From Calditrichia bacterium (GTDB taxonomy: Bacteria; Calditrichota; Calditrichia; JAJRVZ01): a stretch of 64,000 bases of DNA. The stretch spans positions 512,001 through 576,000 of the forward strand of contig CAVZSQ010000013.1 in the NCBI GenBank assembly GCA_963777955.1, read 5' to 3'. This document shows positions 11,838 to 22,813 of this stretch, in pieces. The notes under the pieces were generated by a model, which was not told where the DNA came from, searched no databases, and was given only the letters and a program-made list of their open reading frames with translations. Position numbers and translations under genes: made by a program. The first letter of the stretch is position 1; every line of letters begins with the position of its first letter.

Positions 11838-11894
11838 TTTTCCCCTCTTGAGAGGGGTGGCTTCCCGCCAATGGCGGGAAGACGGGGTGTGTGG
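11838..11894 (-). repeat. Right two-hairpin REP-like repeat flanking the DUF559 gene (inverted)
   Basis: Reverse complement is ccacacaccccgtc-ttcccgcc-att-ggcgggaag-c-cacccctctcaagaggggaaaa. Confidence 0.85.
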
Positions 11895-11980
11895 AAATAT
11901 GCAAATATCATTTCCATTCTGATACCCTACCCTGTAAATTCCACACAGGTTATTTATGGAGGACAGCAGTACATCTAATA

Positions 11981-12943
11981 ATGAAACTCGGCAATCTTGA
12001 AATAAACCAGGGCATATTCCTGGCACCGATGGAGAATGTGACCGATTACCCCTTCCGCATGGTCTGTAAAAAACTGGGCGTCGATTTGGTTTATTCTGAA
12101 TTTATCAGTTCAGAAGCTCTGATCCGTGAAGTCCGGAAATCATTCCAGAAAATGACGATCCATCCTGAAGAACATCCCATTGGCATACAGATTTATGGTA
12201 ACCGGGTGGAAGCCATGATCAGGGCAGCTCAGCTGGCCGAGGAAAAAGGTCCAGATTTCATCGATATTAATTTCGGCTGTCCGGTAAAAAAGATTGCTCT
12301 CAAAGGTGCCGGGGCCGGTTTATTAAAAGATATTCCCCTGATGATAAAAATTTGCGCTGAAGTGGTAAAACATGCTGCTCTGCCGGTCACGGCTAAAACC
12401 CGTCTGGGTTGGGATACCGACTCCATTGCGATCGAAGAGATCGCCCGGCAGATGGAGTCGGTGGGTATAACCGCGATCGCCATTCATGCCCGTACCCGGG
12501 CGCAGGGATTTAAAGGCGATGCCGACTGGCAGTGGATCAGAAAAGTGAAAGAGACGGTAGGCATCCCGGTGATCGGTAATGGCGATGTAACGACTCCCCT
12601 GCAGGTTAAACAGATGTTTGAGGAAACCGGTTGTGATGCTGTCATGATCGGGCGCGGTGCCGTGCATAATCCCTGGATCTTCAAACATTCTAAAGAATTC
12701 CTGAGCAGCGGAAAAATTTCAGCCGAGCCCGCTCTGACAGAAAAAATCCAGATTCTAAAGGAACACCTGCGCTACAGTGTCGAATACAAGGGGGAGCCAA
12801 AAGGGGTGATTGAGATGCGCAAACACTATGCCGGTTACCTGCGTGGCTTGCCCAATATTGCCCGGCACCGCATGGAATTGATGCAGTTTACTTTATTGTC
12901 CGAGGTAAACACTAAATTAGAGGAACTGATACGGATGTATTAA
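11981..12943 (+). CDS. dusB: tRNA-dihydrouridine synthase B
   Basis: LAPMENVTD, DINFGCP, TAKTRLG, IHARTR, NGDV, MIGRG. Confidence 0.92.
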   Translation: MKLGNLEINQGIFLAPMENVTDYPFRMVCKKLGVDLVYSEFISSEALIREVRKSFQKMTIHPEEHPIGIQIYGNRVEAMIRAAQLAEEKGPDFIDINFGCPVKKIALKGAGAGLLKDIPLMIKICAEVVKHAALPVTAKTRLGWDTDSIAIEEIARQMESVGITAIAIHARTRAQGFKGDADWQWIRKVKETVGIPVIGNGDVTTPLQVKQMFEETGCDAVMIGRGAVHNPWIFKHSKEFLSSGKISAEPALTEKIQILKEHLRYSVEYKGEPKGVIEMRKHYAGYLRGLPNIARHRMELMQFTLLSEVNTKLEELIRMY

Positions 12944-12948
12944 TAAAT

Positions 12949-13008
12949 TGACCTATCCCCTCACTCCCCTTCCCTTATATATAAGGGAAGGGGATGGGGG
13001 ATGGGTCA
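12949..13008. repeat. Palindromic REP-like element / bidirectional terminator between convergent genes
   Basis: Perfect 30-nt palindrome tccccttcccttatatataagggaagggga (12965..12994) inside outer arms tgacctatcccc / ggggatgggtca. Confidence 0.8.
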
Positions 13009-13010
13009 GG

Positions 13011-14592
13011 TTATTTTATAAAAACCAATTTCTTGGTAAACTGCCCTTCAGCTGTCTCCAGACAGTACAGGTATACTCCCGCAGCCAGTTGCGCAGGTTG
13101 CCAGGTAATTCTATGGATACCGGCATTTTGCCTGGAATTTACCAGGACGGTCATCACCTGTCCTAATAAATTATAGACTGTTAATTTAACCTGGCCGGCT
13201 TTGGCTAATCCATATTCAATCCGGGTACTGGGATTGAAAGGATTAGGATAATTTTGACTCAAGTACATCTTTTGTGGCACAATTTTTTGTTCATCATTTA
13301 CTGCAGAGGCAGGTACTAAATTAAGACGTACCGTATCACCCGGCTGGTGTTGCTGCCAATCTCCTCCGCTGATGACATACCCTTCCGGTAAAGGCGTACC
13401 CCATTCCGGATCAGTATTTATACCTATATAATAATCGCTGCCGGTGCGTACATGTAATTCAAAATAGCCATTACCGGCATCGGACATGGCCCGGGTATAC
13501 CCTACTTCCGTGGTGGCCATCAGTTGATAACTTTGCGAAGGGGGTCCCGACTGCTCAGTGATATACCCATAAATCAGACTATTAGTCTCATAAACCGTAA
13601 TAATCCTCTCCACGCTGTCACCAAAACTGACCGGAAATGAATCGTCGTGTAATTGCGGCGCTAAATAATCCGGGAAAAATATTTCGTCATTTATATCCAG
13701 GTAAAAATAATTGGTCGAGTCCTGGCCCTGCGGAGTGACGGAAACAGGTAAATTGAAATGGCCGTCTACTATCTGATACTCAGCTTCTTCACCGTTAGTA
13801 TTATTCCTCCAATTGATCCAGCTATTAATCATGACCTGCGCTCCTGCCTGATTTTTTATATCTCCATAAATCCATGAGGCGGCTGCAGTATAATAAAAAT
13901 CGATGGAACTGACTCCAGAGGCCGGAACCTGTAACTCATAGGTCGGGGTGGTCCCGATGTAATTGGCAAGATTGGGTTCAAAAAGAACTTCAATCCGCCA
14001 GGTTGAATCGGCTACAGGTAGATTAATAATATAAGACCCCTGGTTGTCCGTTAAACCTGAAAACATACCCAGGTTCCGTCCGGAAGCATTAATCATTGTA
14101 TTTGCATAAAGTGCGTTTGGTGCTGACACTCCCTCGATATGGATATTTCCGCTGATTTGGGCCGCGGGACTGGGCATCGCATTGATAGTAAACCAGGTTG
14201 TGAAGGAGTCTTTGATCCGCATCAACTACCTTCATTACATAATTTTGAGGATGGAAACCGAAAGGTCCAAATTCAATATAAACGATCCCATCCGGGACAG
14301 AACTGGAGTCGGATGGTCCGTCTTGCTCCACCTGCCCATCAGTCAATTCAAATTGCTGCAATAAAAAATCACCATCGTCGAGCGTCTTTGAATTGTCCAA
14401 ATCCAGATACAATTCAGCTAAGGCAGTACTCCCCGGTGTTTCCACATCAAACTCCCAGGCGTACATATCTCCCTGCGTCAGCACATGCGAGGTATCACCA
14501 TTCACCCAGGCATAGATGTAAGTAATTGCCGGAAGATCGCTGACCGGATAAATAAAAAAGAATAAGATAAATAAAAGTAAAAATTTCTTCAT
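13011..14592 (-). CDS. Secreted protein with T9SS-type C-terminal domain (frameshift near 14215)
   Basis: Signal peptide MKKFLLLFILFFF; Ig/carboxypeptidase-regulatory-like repeats; LSQNYPNPFNP...KKLVFIK. Confidence 0.75.
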
Positions 14593-14804
14593 TTGAATCC
14601 CCCTGTGGTAAGTTATTTTAGTCTTATTCTCGGTATATATATGTAATCCTTTAATAGACCGGTATATTTATGCTCATACAAGTATGTTCCAACCAGAGGG
14701 AAATAATTGCAGTTTAGATTTTAGTATTCATTTTTTTAATATACATTTCCGGTGTTACATGTCAGAAGTAAATTTATAATACCAGATTATTTCAGAGAGA
14801 TCTT

Positions 14805-15803
14805 ATGAAGACCATTAAATGGGGTATCATCGGCTGCGGAGATGTTACTGAAGTAAAAAGCGGGCCGGCACTGCAGAAGGTAAAAAATTCCAGATTGCAG
14901 GCGGTAATGCGCCGGAATACCGCCAAAGCTGAAGATTACGCCCGCCGGCACCAGGTTCCCAAATGGTACGATCAGGCCGATGCTCTCATCCATGACCCGG
15001 ATGTGGATATTGTCTATATCGCCACCCCGCCGGATTCCCACCATGACTATACATTGAAAGTTGCTGCCGCAGGTAAACCGGTCTACGTCGAAAAACCGCT
15101 GGCGCGGAACTATACGGAATGCCTGGAAATGATCGAAGCCTGTCAGCAGGCCAAAATACCTCTATTTACCGCCTATTACCGGCGCAGCCTGCCCCTGTTT
15201 TTAAAAATCAAAGAATCGCTGGAGCAGCATAAAATAGGTGAGGTGCGCTTTATCAATATAGTACTCTGCCAACCGCCCTATCAAAAGGATTACGATTCTA
15301 CTCAACTGCCCTGGCGGGTAATTCCCGAAATCGCCGGCGGAGGATACTTTATCGACCTGGCCAGCCATACTCTCGATCTGCTGGATTATTACTTCGGGCC
15401 GGTCACAGAAGTAAACGGACTGGCCAGCAATCAGGCTAGACTTTATCCGGCTGAAGACACCGTCGTGGCGGATTTACGATTCAAATCCGGAATACTGGCC
15501 TCAGCTGTCTGGTGCTTCTGCTCCTCGGTCCGGGAGGATAAGGTTACCATCATGGGTACGGAAGGTGAAATATCCTTCTCGACATTTATGGAACATGATG
15601 CGATCATGGAAAACAGAGACGGACGTACCTCCTGGCCTTTCAACAAACCAGAACATATTCAGCAGCCGCATATCCAGTCTATTGTCGATCAACTCAACGG
15701 TAGCGGCCGCTGCCCCAGCGATGGCCTGAGTGCCGCACGCACCAGTTGGGTGATGGACCAGATACTGGCGGATTGGAGAAAGAAGAACGGGATACTATTG
15801 TAG
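14805..15803 (+). CDS. Gfo/Idh/MocA-family oxidoreductase
   Basis: WGIIGCG, VYIATPP, VYVEKP, GGYFIDLASH. Confidence 0.9.
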   Translation: MKTIKWGIIGCGDVTEVKSGPALQKVKNSRLQAVMRRNTAKAEDYARRHQVPKWYDQADALIHDPDVDIVYIATPPDSHHDYTLKVAAAGKPVYVEKPLARNYTECLEMIEACQQAKIPLFTAYYRRSLPLFLKIKESLEQHKIGEVRFINIVLCQPPYQKDYDSTQLPWRVIPEIAGGGYFIDLASHTLDLLDYYFGPVTEVNGLASNQARLYPAEDTVVADLRFKSGILASAVWCFCSSVREDKVTIMGTEGEISFSTFMEHDAIMENRDGRTSWPFNKPEHIQQPHIQSIVDQLNGSGRCPSDGLSAARTSWVMDQILADWRKKNGILL

Positions 15804-15804
15804 T

Positions 15805-15895
15805 TTTGCGTCCTTGGCGTCGAACTTAGCGTACTTTGCGTTATGCTTTTTCCAACGCAAAGGGCGCAAAGGTCTGCGACGCAGAGGTCGCTAAG
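15805..15895. repeat. Symmetric array of ~9-nt CTTNGCG / CGCNAAG units
   Basis: tttgcgtcc ttggcgtcg..cttagcgta ctttgcgtt ... aacgcaaag ggcgcaaag ..acgcagag gtcgctaag. Confidence 0.7.
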
Positions 15896-16024
15896 AATAC
15901 TCATTAAATAATAGTGATCTTTGTCCATCTGCGGTAAATTAAACAATTGATACTTTTTGTAATATCACTTATTTTTATCCGACCCGTATAATTTCTTTTT
16001 AACCTGGAGTCATATGAGGATAAA

Positions 16025-17999
16025 ATGCCCCAGAATTTAACAGAAAAAATTGTACAGAAATTCGCTTATGGACTGGAGCGGGGTCACCTGGTTCATAGTG
16101 GCGACTATATAATGATCCAGCCGGCGTATGTTATGACTCATGATAACACCGGAGCCGTGATCCCTAAATTTAAATCCAGCGGTGCTACCAGAATGGCAAA
16201 TCCGCGACAGGTGGTACATACTCTCGATCACAACATTCAGGACCGCAGCGAAAAAAACCTGGAAAAATATTCTAAAATTGAATCGTTCTCCCGCTCGATG
16301 GGCGTGGACTTCTACCCGGCCGGACGGGGTATCGGCCACCAGATCATCTGCGAGGAAGGGTATGCCTGGCCAGGCACCTTCGTGGTCGCCTCGGACAGCC
16401 ATTCGAATATGTATGGCGGATTGGGCTGCCTGGGTACACCAATTGTACGCACCGATGCTGCCGCCATCTGGGCTACCGGAAAAACCTGGTGGCAGGTCCC
16501 GCCGGTGGCTAAGGTTGAATTACGCGGCAAACTCAAACCCGGTGTCAGCGGCAAAGACGTAATTATAACCCTGTGCGGTTTTTTTAATCATGATGAAGTG
16601 CTAAACCATGCGATTGAGTTCAGCGGAACCGGTATCGCAGAACTTTCGATCGAACAACGCCTGACCATTGCCAACATGTCCACCGAGTGGGGTGCCCTGG
16701 CGGGTCTATTCCCGATCGATGAAATTACCATTACCTGGTTGCGCCAGCGGGTAAAGTTCATAGAAAAGAGGGGGCTTGCGGGAGTACCCTCGGATACCGA
16801 TGGTCAGGGTGAACACCCCCGTATCAATTCCCAGCGTATTCAGAAACTGAAAAAAAATATACCTGTGGCCGATAGGAATGCTTTTTATGCTAAAAAGTTG
16901 GTATTGGATCTTGCCACTGTCCAGCCTTATGTCTCCGGTCCTAATTCGGTGAAGGTAATGACTTCAATTAAGGAGCTTGACCGGAAGAATATAAAAATCA
17001 ATAAAGCCTATCTGGTTTCCTGCGTTAACAGCCGGGTAGATGACCTTGCCGCAGCGGCTGAAATTGTACGCGGGAAGCAAGTGGCGAGCGGAGTCGAATT
17101 TTATATAGCAGCTGCTTCCAGCGAAGTACAGCAGGAAAGTGAAGCACGTGGCGACTGGCAGGTCCTGCTGAAATCAGGAGCTGATTCCCCTGCCGCCGGG
17201 ATGCGGACCGTGCATAGGTCTGGGTGCAGGTCTTTTGCAGGATGGCGAAGTAGGAATTTCAGCCACGAACCGGAATTTTAAAGGACGCATGGGCTCGCGC
17301 AACGCCGATGCCTATCTGGCTTCACCGGCGGTAGTAGCCGCTTCGGCACTGGCCGGAAAAATAACTTTTCCCGATCAGGGCAAAGCATCGAAAATAAAAG
17401 GCACACTGACTACAACTAAAACCAGAAGTAAAGACAAATCCCCGGTCAAAATTATAGCAGGTTTTCCGGAAACTTTGCAGGGTGAACTATTGTTCTGTTA
17501 CCAGGACAATCTGAATACCGATGGTATTTATCCTGGTAAATATACCTACCTGGATGATTTTACTCCCCGGCAGCAGGCTGAGGTGGTAATGGAAAATTAC
17601 GATCCCGAATTTAAAACCCTGGTCAGAGAGGGGGATCTGCTGGCCGGTGGTTTCAATTTCGGTACAGGCAGTTCGCGGGAACAGGCGGCTACTGCTCTGA
17701 AATACCGCGGCTTGCAACTGGTCATTGCCGGATCTTTTAACGAAACATATAAACGCAATGCCCTGAATAACGGTTTTCTGGTGATTGAAGCGCCGGAATT
17801 AGTCAAAGATCTGAAGAAAAAATTTGGTGACAGAAATCTGACCGTACGCACCGGAATCAAGGCAACCATAAACTTTAGTCTGTCTGAAATCCAGACCGCG
17901 GTTAAAACCTATTCCATCGATCCGGTAGGGATAGCCGCACAGGATTTAATCATCAGTGCAGGACTGGAAAACTGGGTCAAACGTCAACTTTTTTCATGA
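16025..17999 (+). CDS. lysF: Homoaconitase, single-chain fungal Lys4-like (frameshift near 17183)
   Basis: [47 protein letters not shown], and GCGPCIG after frame repair; fused swivel domain ([22 protein letters not shown]). Confidence 0.9.
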
Positions 18000-18008
18000 G
18001 GAGGTATA

Positions 18009-20026
18009 ATGGAGCAGCATCAACAGCAGGAGCAGGGCGCAAAACTTCCGGAAAATGCTTATCGCAAACTAAAACCGGGAGAGGAATACCTTCCCATTGT
18101 ACCAAGTTCCACAATTGTGCCCGAACTAACCCCCTATTCACTGTTATCGGGAATTTTTTATTCTATTCTGTTTTCGATGGCAGCCGCTTATCTGGGTTTG
18201 AAAATCGGCCAGGTGTTCGAAGCAGCCATACCTATCGCCATTCTGGCTGTGGGCGGTTCAGCTTTACTTGGACGGAAAAAGGCCCTGCAGCAGAATGTTA
18301 TTATTCAATCGATCGGTGCTGCCTCCGGTGTGATCGTGGCCGGTGCGATTTTCACCATCCCCGGTCTCTATATTTTAGGACTGAATGCTAGTTTTTTGCA
18401 GATATTCCTGGCCTCATTTCTGGGCGGTTGCCTGGGCATTCTTTTCCTGATCCCTTTCCGTAAATATTTCGTGAAAGACATGCACGGGGAATTTCCTTTC
18501 CCGGAAGCAACCGCCACCACGGAAGTGCTGATCGCCGGAGAATCGGGTGGTCAACAGGCCAGGGTCCTGATTTCTGCAGCAGCGGTGGGTGGAATCTACG
18601 ATTTCTTTATTGCCGGATTCGGCTTCTGGAAAGAAGTTGTCGCTACCACGGCATTTCAATGGGGCCAGGTTCTGGCCGACAAAGCAAAACTCCTGTTTAA
18701 AATTAATATCGGAGCAGCTGTAACCGGTCTGGGTTATATCGTTGGTCTGCGTTATTCCCTGATCATCGCTGCCGGATCATTTTTGTCCTGGTGGGTTTTG
18801 ATACCTCTGGTATATTCGGTCGGTCAATATCTCACAGTTCCTATTCTGCAATCGGTCAAACCCATCGCCGAAATGGGCCCTAATGAAATCTTCAGCGATT
18901 ATGTCCGTCATGTCGGCATTGGTGCCATTGCGGCTGCCGGTATTATCGGTATTCTCAAATCATCCAAAATAATTGCCGGAGCTTTTAAACTGGCCGTGAA
19001 TGAAATAATGGGTAAAACCGGCTCACAGACGACCAAACAGGTTGAAAGAACGCAATTGGATATTAAAATGAAATGGGTCGCTATTTTGCTGATCCTGGTT
19101 TTCATTTCAATCTTTTTCTTTTTCTATTTTGGAGTAGTAGAGCAGAATCTGATGTATTCCATAGTTGGTCTGGTCATCGTTGGTGTTATAGCTTTTCTAT
19201 TCACCACTGTTGCAGCACGTGCTATTGCGATCGTCGGTACCAATCCGGTATCGGGTATGACCCTGATGACCCTGATAATCTCTTCCTTTATCCTGGTCCG
19301 CATCGGATTATCCGGTGATTTCGGTATGCTGGCCGCGTTGATTATCGGCGGAGCAGTCTGTACAGCCCTTTCCATGGCTGGTGGATTTATAACTGATTTG
19401 AAGATTGGATACTGGCTGGGTACCACTCCGCGTACTCAGGAAAGATGGAAATTTCTTGGTACTCTGCTTGCCTCGGCATCTGTCGGACTGGTAATACTGG
19501 TTCTGTACCAGACATACGGTTTTGGTCCAGGCGGATTGGAAGCTCCCCAGGCTTCGGCCATGGCAGCAGTACTTAAACCTTTGATGTCTAACCAACCGGC
19601 ACCGTGGTTTGCTTACCTGGCCGGTATTTTTATAGCCATCATTCTGGAATTACTGAAAATCCCGCCCCTGGCATTTGCCCTGGGTATGTATCTGCCACTG
19701 CATTTGAATACTCCCCTCCTGGTTGGCGGATTAATTGCTCATTTTGTTGAAAAAAGCACCAAAGATCGAAGACTTGTCCATACAAAGAAGAGACCGTGGT
19801 ACCCTGATTGCTTCAGGATTTATCGCCGGTGGTGCAATCATGGGTGTACTTGGCAGCCTTTATCGTATATTTTGGACAGCAATTTTTCGGTGACGGCTGG
19901 ACAATTATGCGGGCCCTCGGAACCGAACACTGGGTGGAATCATCAGGTTCCGAGATCCTGGGATTCGGTATGTATATACTTCTTTGTATTTATATGTACT
20001 GGGATTCGCTGCGGGTGAAGAAATAA
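18009..20026 (+). CDS. OPT-family oligopeptide transporter (C-terminal frameshifts near 19785 and 19852)
   Basis: YLGLKIGQVFEAAIP, FPEATAT, NPVSGM, TDLKIGYWLG, APQA. Confidence 0.9.
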
Positions 20027-20061
20027 GATTCCTCTCCGCCTGACGGCGGATCGGAATGACA
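20027..20061. repeat. REP-like hairpin (..GGAATGACA type) between convergent genes
   Basis: gattcc-tc-tccgcc-tgac-ggcgga-tc-ggaatgaca. Confidence 0.6.
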
Positions 20062-20083
20062 AGTTGTAGGTTATACTTTTCAA

Positions 20084-20995
20084 TTACGCTTTCTGTTTCA
20101 CCATCTGCACCGGATGATAATGAACATGCACCCGCTGCAGCAGATCGATCTCGCGTGATAATATATGCTCGACCTGCGTGGCGATCTGATCACCGCGGGT
20201 TACACTCATTCCCCCGTCAACACCGATAGTAATATTGATAACCAGGTACGGTCCGAAACGATGGGCCTTGATTTCTTCAATCTGCTGGATTGCGGAAATA
20301 CCGCTCAGCAGGCGGACGATTCTCTGTTCTAATTCTTTTCCCGGCACCGTATCCATCAGGTTGGCCGAAGATTCTCGCAGGATTTCAATACCGGTGCGCA
20401 ATATTACCAGAGCCACCAGCGCTCCGGCCAGCGGATCCACCGAGGGATAACCCAACCGCCCTAGAGCGATACCCACCCCGGCAGCTGTAGCGGCAAAAAT
20501 ATCGTTGCGGTGATCATAGGCTAAGGCAAATATTGCAGGATTATTCGTTTGCTGGCCGATCCGGCGGGTAATATATGTCAATGCTATCTTAAGGCAGACA
20601 GTGAAAATCGCGACTAGCAGGGCTCCTAAAGCTGCTCCGCCGTAATTACCCGAGCCCGACCACAAATCGTATACTTTATTGATTGAATCCCAGAAAATCG
20701 TGACACCAGTAGTAAGCACAAAAGCACCTACTACCAGGGCCGCAATGCTCTCCAGCTGCTGATGACCGTAAGGATGTTCATCATCGGCCGGTTTATGCGC
20801 CAAACCGACAAAAATTCGTACAACCACATAGTAGGCCACATCGGAAGTAGAGTTAATACCATCAGCCAGCAGGGCAGGACTATGCCCTATCATTCCCATG
20901 ACGGTTTTAAGCACAGCCAGCAGGATATTGGCAATAAGTCCCAGATTGATAGCAAACAGGCTGCGCGTTTCGCGATGTTCAAATTCCATTTCCAA
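20084..20995 (-). CDS. Cation diffusion facilitator (FieF-like) transporter
   Basis: SPALLADGINSTSD, PADDEHPYGH, DHRND, VHVHYHP. Confidence 0.9.
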   Translation of the reverse strand: MEMEFEHRETRSLFAINLGLIANILLAVLKTVMGMIGHSPALLADGINSTSDVAYYVVVRIFVGLAHKPADDEHPYGHQQLESIAALVVGAFVLTTGVTIFWDSINKVYDLWSGSGNYGGAALGALLVAIFTVCLKIALTYITRRIGQQTNNPAIFALAYDHRNDIFAATAAGVGIALGRLGYPSVDPLAGALVALVILRTGIEILRESSANLMDTVPGKELEQRIVRLLSGISAIQQIEEIKAHRFGPYLVINITIGVDGGMSVTRGDQIATQVEHILSREIDLLQRVHVHYHPVQMVKQKA

Positions 20996-21017
20996 ATCAG
21001 ACTCTATTTATATACTG

Positions 21018-22199
21018 TCAGCGGTTAATCAGATTGATTGACGCATCTAATTTAGGATCGTTCAGCGGGATCAGCGCTTTTTTAAGATAGATATATATAA
21101 ATGCTGAAACAAATATGCCAGCTATCGCCAGAAAAATAATCAGATCGATAGCGGAGAGATAGAATTCGTATACTTTAAAATTGGGCATGACAATCCAGTA
21201 CAGATCAAAAAAATGCATGAGCAGAATCCAGACAGAAATACAGGCCAGAAAAGTCGGACTCCGTTTGGCGGCCCGGGTCATCAAACCTAAAAACGGTATC
21301 AGAAATTGACCGAATACCAGCAGCAGTGAAATATATTTCCAGCTCCCTTCCCAGCGGTGGCGGAAAAAGATCGTCTCCTCCGGTATGTTGGCATACCAGA
21401 TCAGAAAATACTGCGAAAAGGCCATGTAGCCCCAGAAAATGGTAAATGAAAACATCAGTTTGGCCAGGTCATGATAGTGTTCTATCGTAATTACATCCCG
21501 CAGCAGATTTTTCCTGCGCAGAAATAATCCGGTCAGCGTAATAAAGGCCAGGGCCGCCAGAAAACTGCCGGCAAAAATATAGAGTCCGAAAATTGTCGAA
21601 TACCAGTGCGGATCAAGGGACATTAGCCAGTCGAAAGCTGCAAAGGTGATAGTGATGGCAAACAGGATTATCCCCGGCGCACTGACTGTACGGAAAATCC
21701 TGGTCTGGGCGGAAGTATAATTCTGATCCTGTTTTAAGGAGGTCCTGTATAATATTAATGCCAGCACCGTCCAGATAATAAAATACAGTATCGAGCGGAT
21801 GATGAAAAATGGTACATTCAGATAAGCCGATTTGGCTTGCAGCAACTGATCAGCGGCAACTGCTTCGGCATGACTCCAGTGATACAAGTTATGAATTCCG
21901 CCAGCCAGGGGAATAAACAGTACGGCCAGAACCGGCACAGTCATAGCCAGCGATTCAGTAATACGCCGCAGCACGGTACTCCACACGGCATTGCTGACAT
22001 GGTGCAGCAGGGTCAGGAAGAGCGCACCGAGCATGATCGAAACCCAGAAGACATAAGCTACCAGGTATGCAGGATAAAATTCTGTGGGAAAGAAGTAATA
22101 AATAACAATAGTCAACAGCGAGCATAGCAAGGTGATGATTGAAACCGACCAGTAAAATGACCTGCGCTTCTTGGAATAATATGTCCTGATATTTTCCAT
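21018..22199 (-). CDS. actF: Alternative complex III subunit ActF
   Basis: Multi-TM protein with FDWLMSLDPHWYSTIFG and QYFLIWYANIPEE; last act gene of the cluster. Confidence 0.88.
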   Translation of the reverse strand: MENIRTYYSKKRRSFYWSVSIITLLCSLLTIVIYYFFPTEFYPAYLVAYVFWVSIMLGALFLTLLHHVSNAVWSTVLRRITESLAMTVPVLAVLFIPLAGGIHNLYHWSHAEAVAADQLLQAKSAYLNVPFFIIRSILYFIIWTVLALILYRTSLKQDQNYTSAQTRIFRTVSAPGIILFAITITFAAFDWLMSLDPHWYSTIFGLYIFAGSFLAALAFITLTGLFLRRKNLLRDVITIEHYHDLAKLMFSFTIFWGYMAFSQYFLIWYANIPEETIFFRHRWEGSWKYISLLLVFGQFLIPFLGLMTRAAKRSPTFLACISVWILLMHFFDLYWIVMPNFKVYEFYLSAIDLIIFLAIAGIFVSAFIYIYLKKALIPLNDPKLDASINLINR

Positions 22200-22204
22200 A
22201 TCCC

Positions 22205-22813
22205 TCATTGCCTGGTTGAATCCTGCCCTGGCAGAATATCTGTTGCCCCGGCATTCTGATCGCGCTGCAGTTTCCGTACATATGCCACAATCGCCCAGCG
22301 ATCGGCCACGCTGATCTGGTGCCGGTATGACGGCATGTTGCGTATACCGTTGCGGATCACTTCGTAAATATGCCCGTCTTCTACCTCCCGTAAACGCGGT
22401 TGGTGGAATGTCGGCGGTGGTAAAAATCCTTTCTTGATCACAAGGCCCTGGCCGCTGCCTGTTTGATCGTGGCAGGGGGAACAATAGATATTAAAACGCT
22501 CATGTCCCCTGTTTAGTAATTCCGTGCCGACCGGCACTGGTATTTTTTTGACCAGCAGGCTATCAGCAGTCCGGCCATAATAATATTCAACGTTCGCCTG
22601 CAATTGCCCCTGCGCAATCGTCCCGGTCACCGGAGCACGCATTTCGGAGCCATCCGCAAAAAACTGACTGGATTCCTGGGCATCATACCTGGGCTGATCA
22701 TCCATATTTGGATTCAGCTGCAGCGGCGGATCTTCAGACGGCTTGCCGCGGTAACAAGCGATTATCAGCATGGCCAGCAGTAATACGCCGGTTCTGGTAA
22801 AAATAGTATTCAT
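22205..22813 (-). CDS. actE: Alternative complex III monoheme cytochrome c lipoprotein ActE
   Basis: Lipobox LIIAC, MDDQPRY, CSPCH, MPSY...DRWAIVAYV. Confidence 0.88.
   Translation of the reverse strand: MNTIFTRTGVLLLAMLIIACYRGKPSEDPPLQLNPNMDDQPRYDAQESSQFFADGSEMRAPVTGTIAQGQLQANVEYYYGRTADSLLVKKIPVPVGTELLNRGHERFNIYCSPCHDQTGSGQGLVIKKGFLPPPTFHQPRLREVEDGHIYEVIRNGIRNMPSYRHQISVADRWAIVAYVRKLQRDQNAGATDILPGQDSTRQ

Noticed and set aside
22200..22484. Long N-terminal extension of ActF in the ORF track
   Set aside because: It overlaps actE in another frame; the true start is near 22199-22208.
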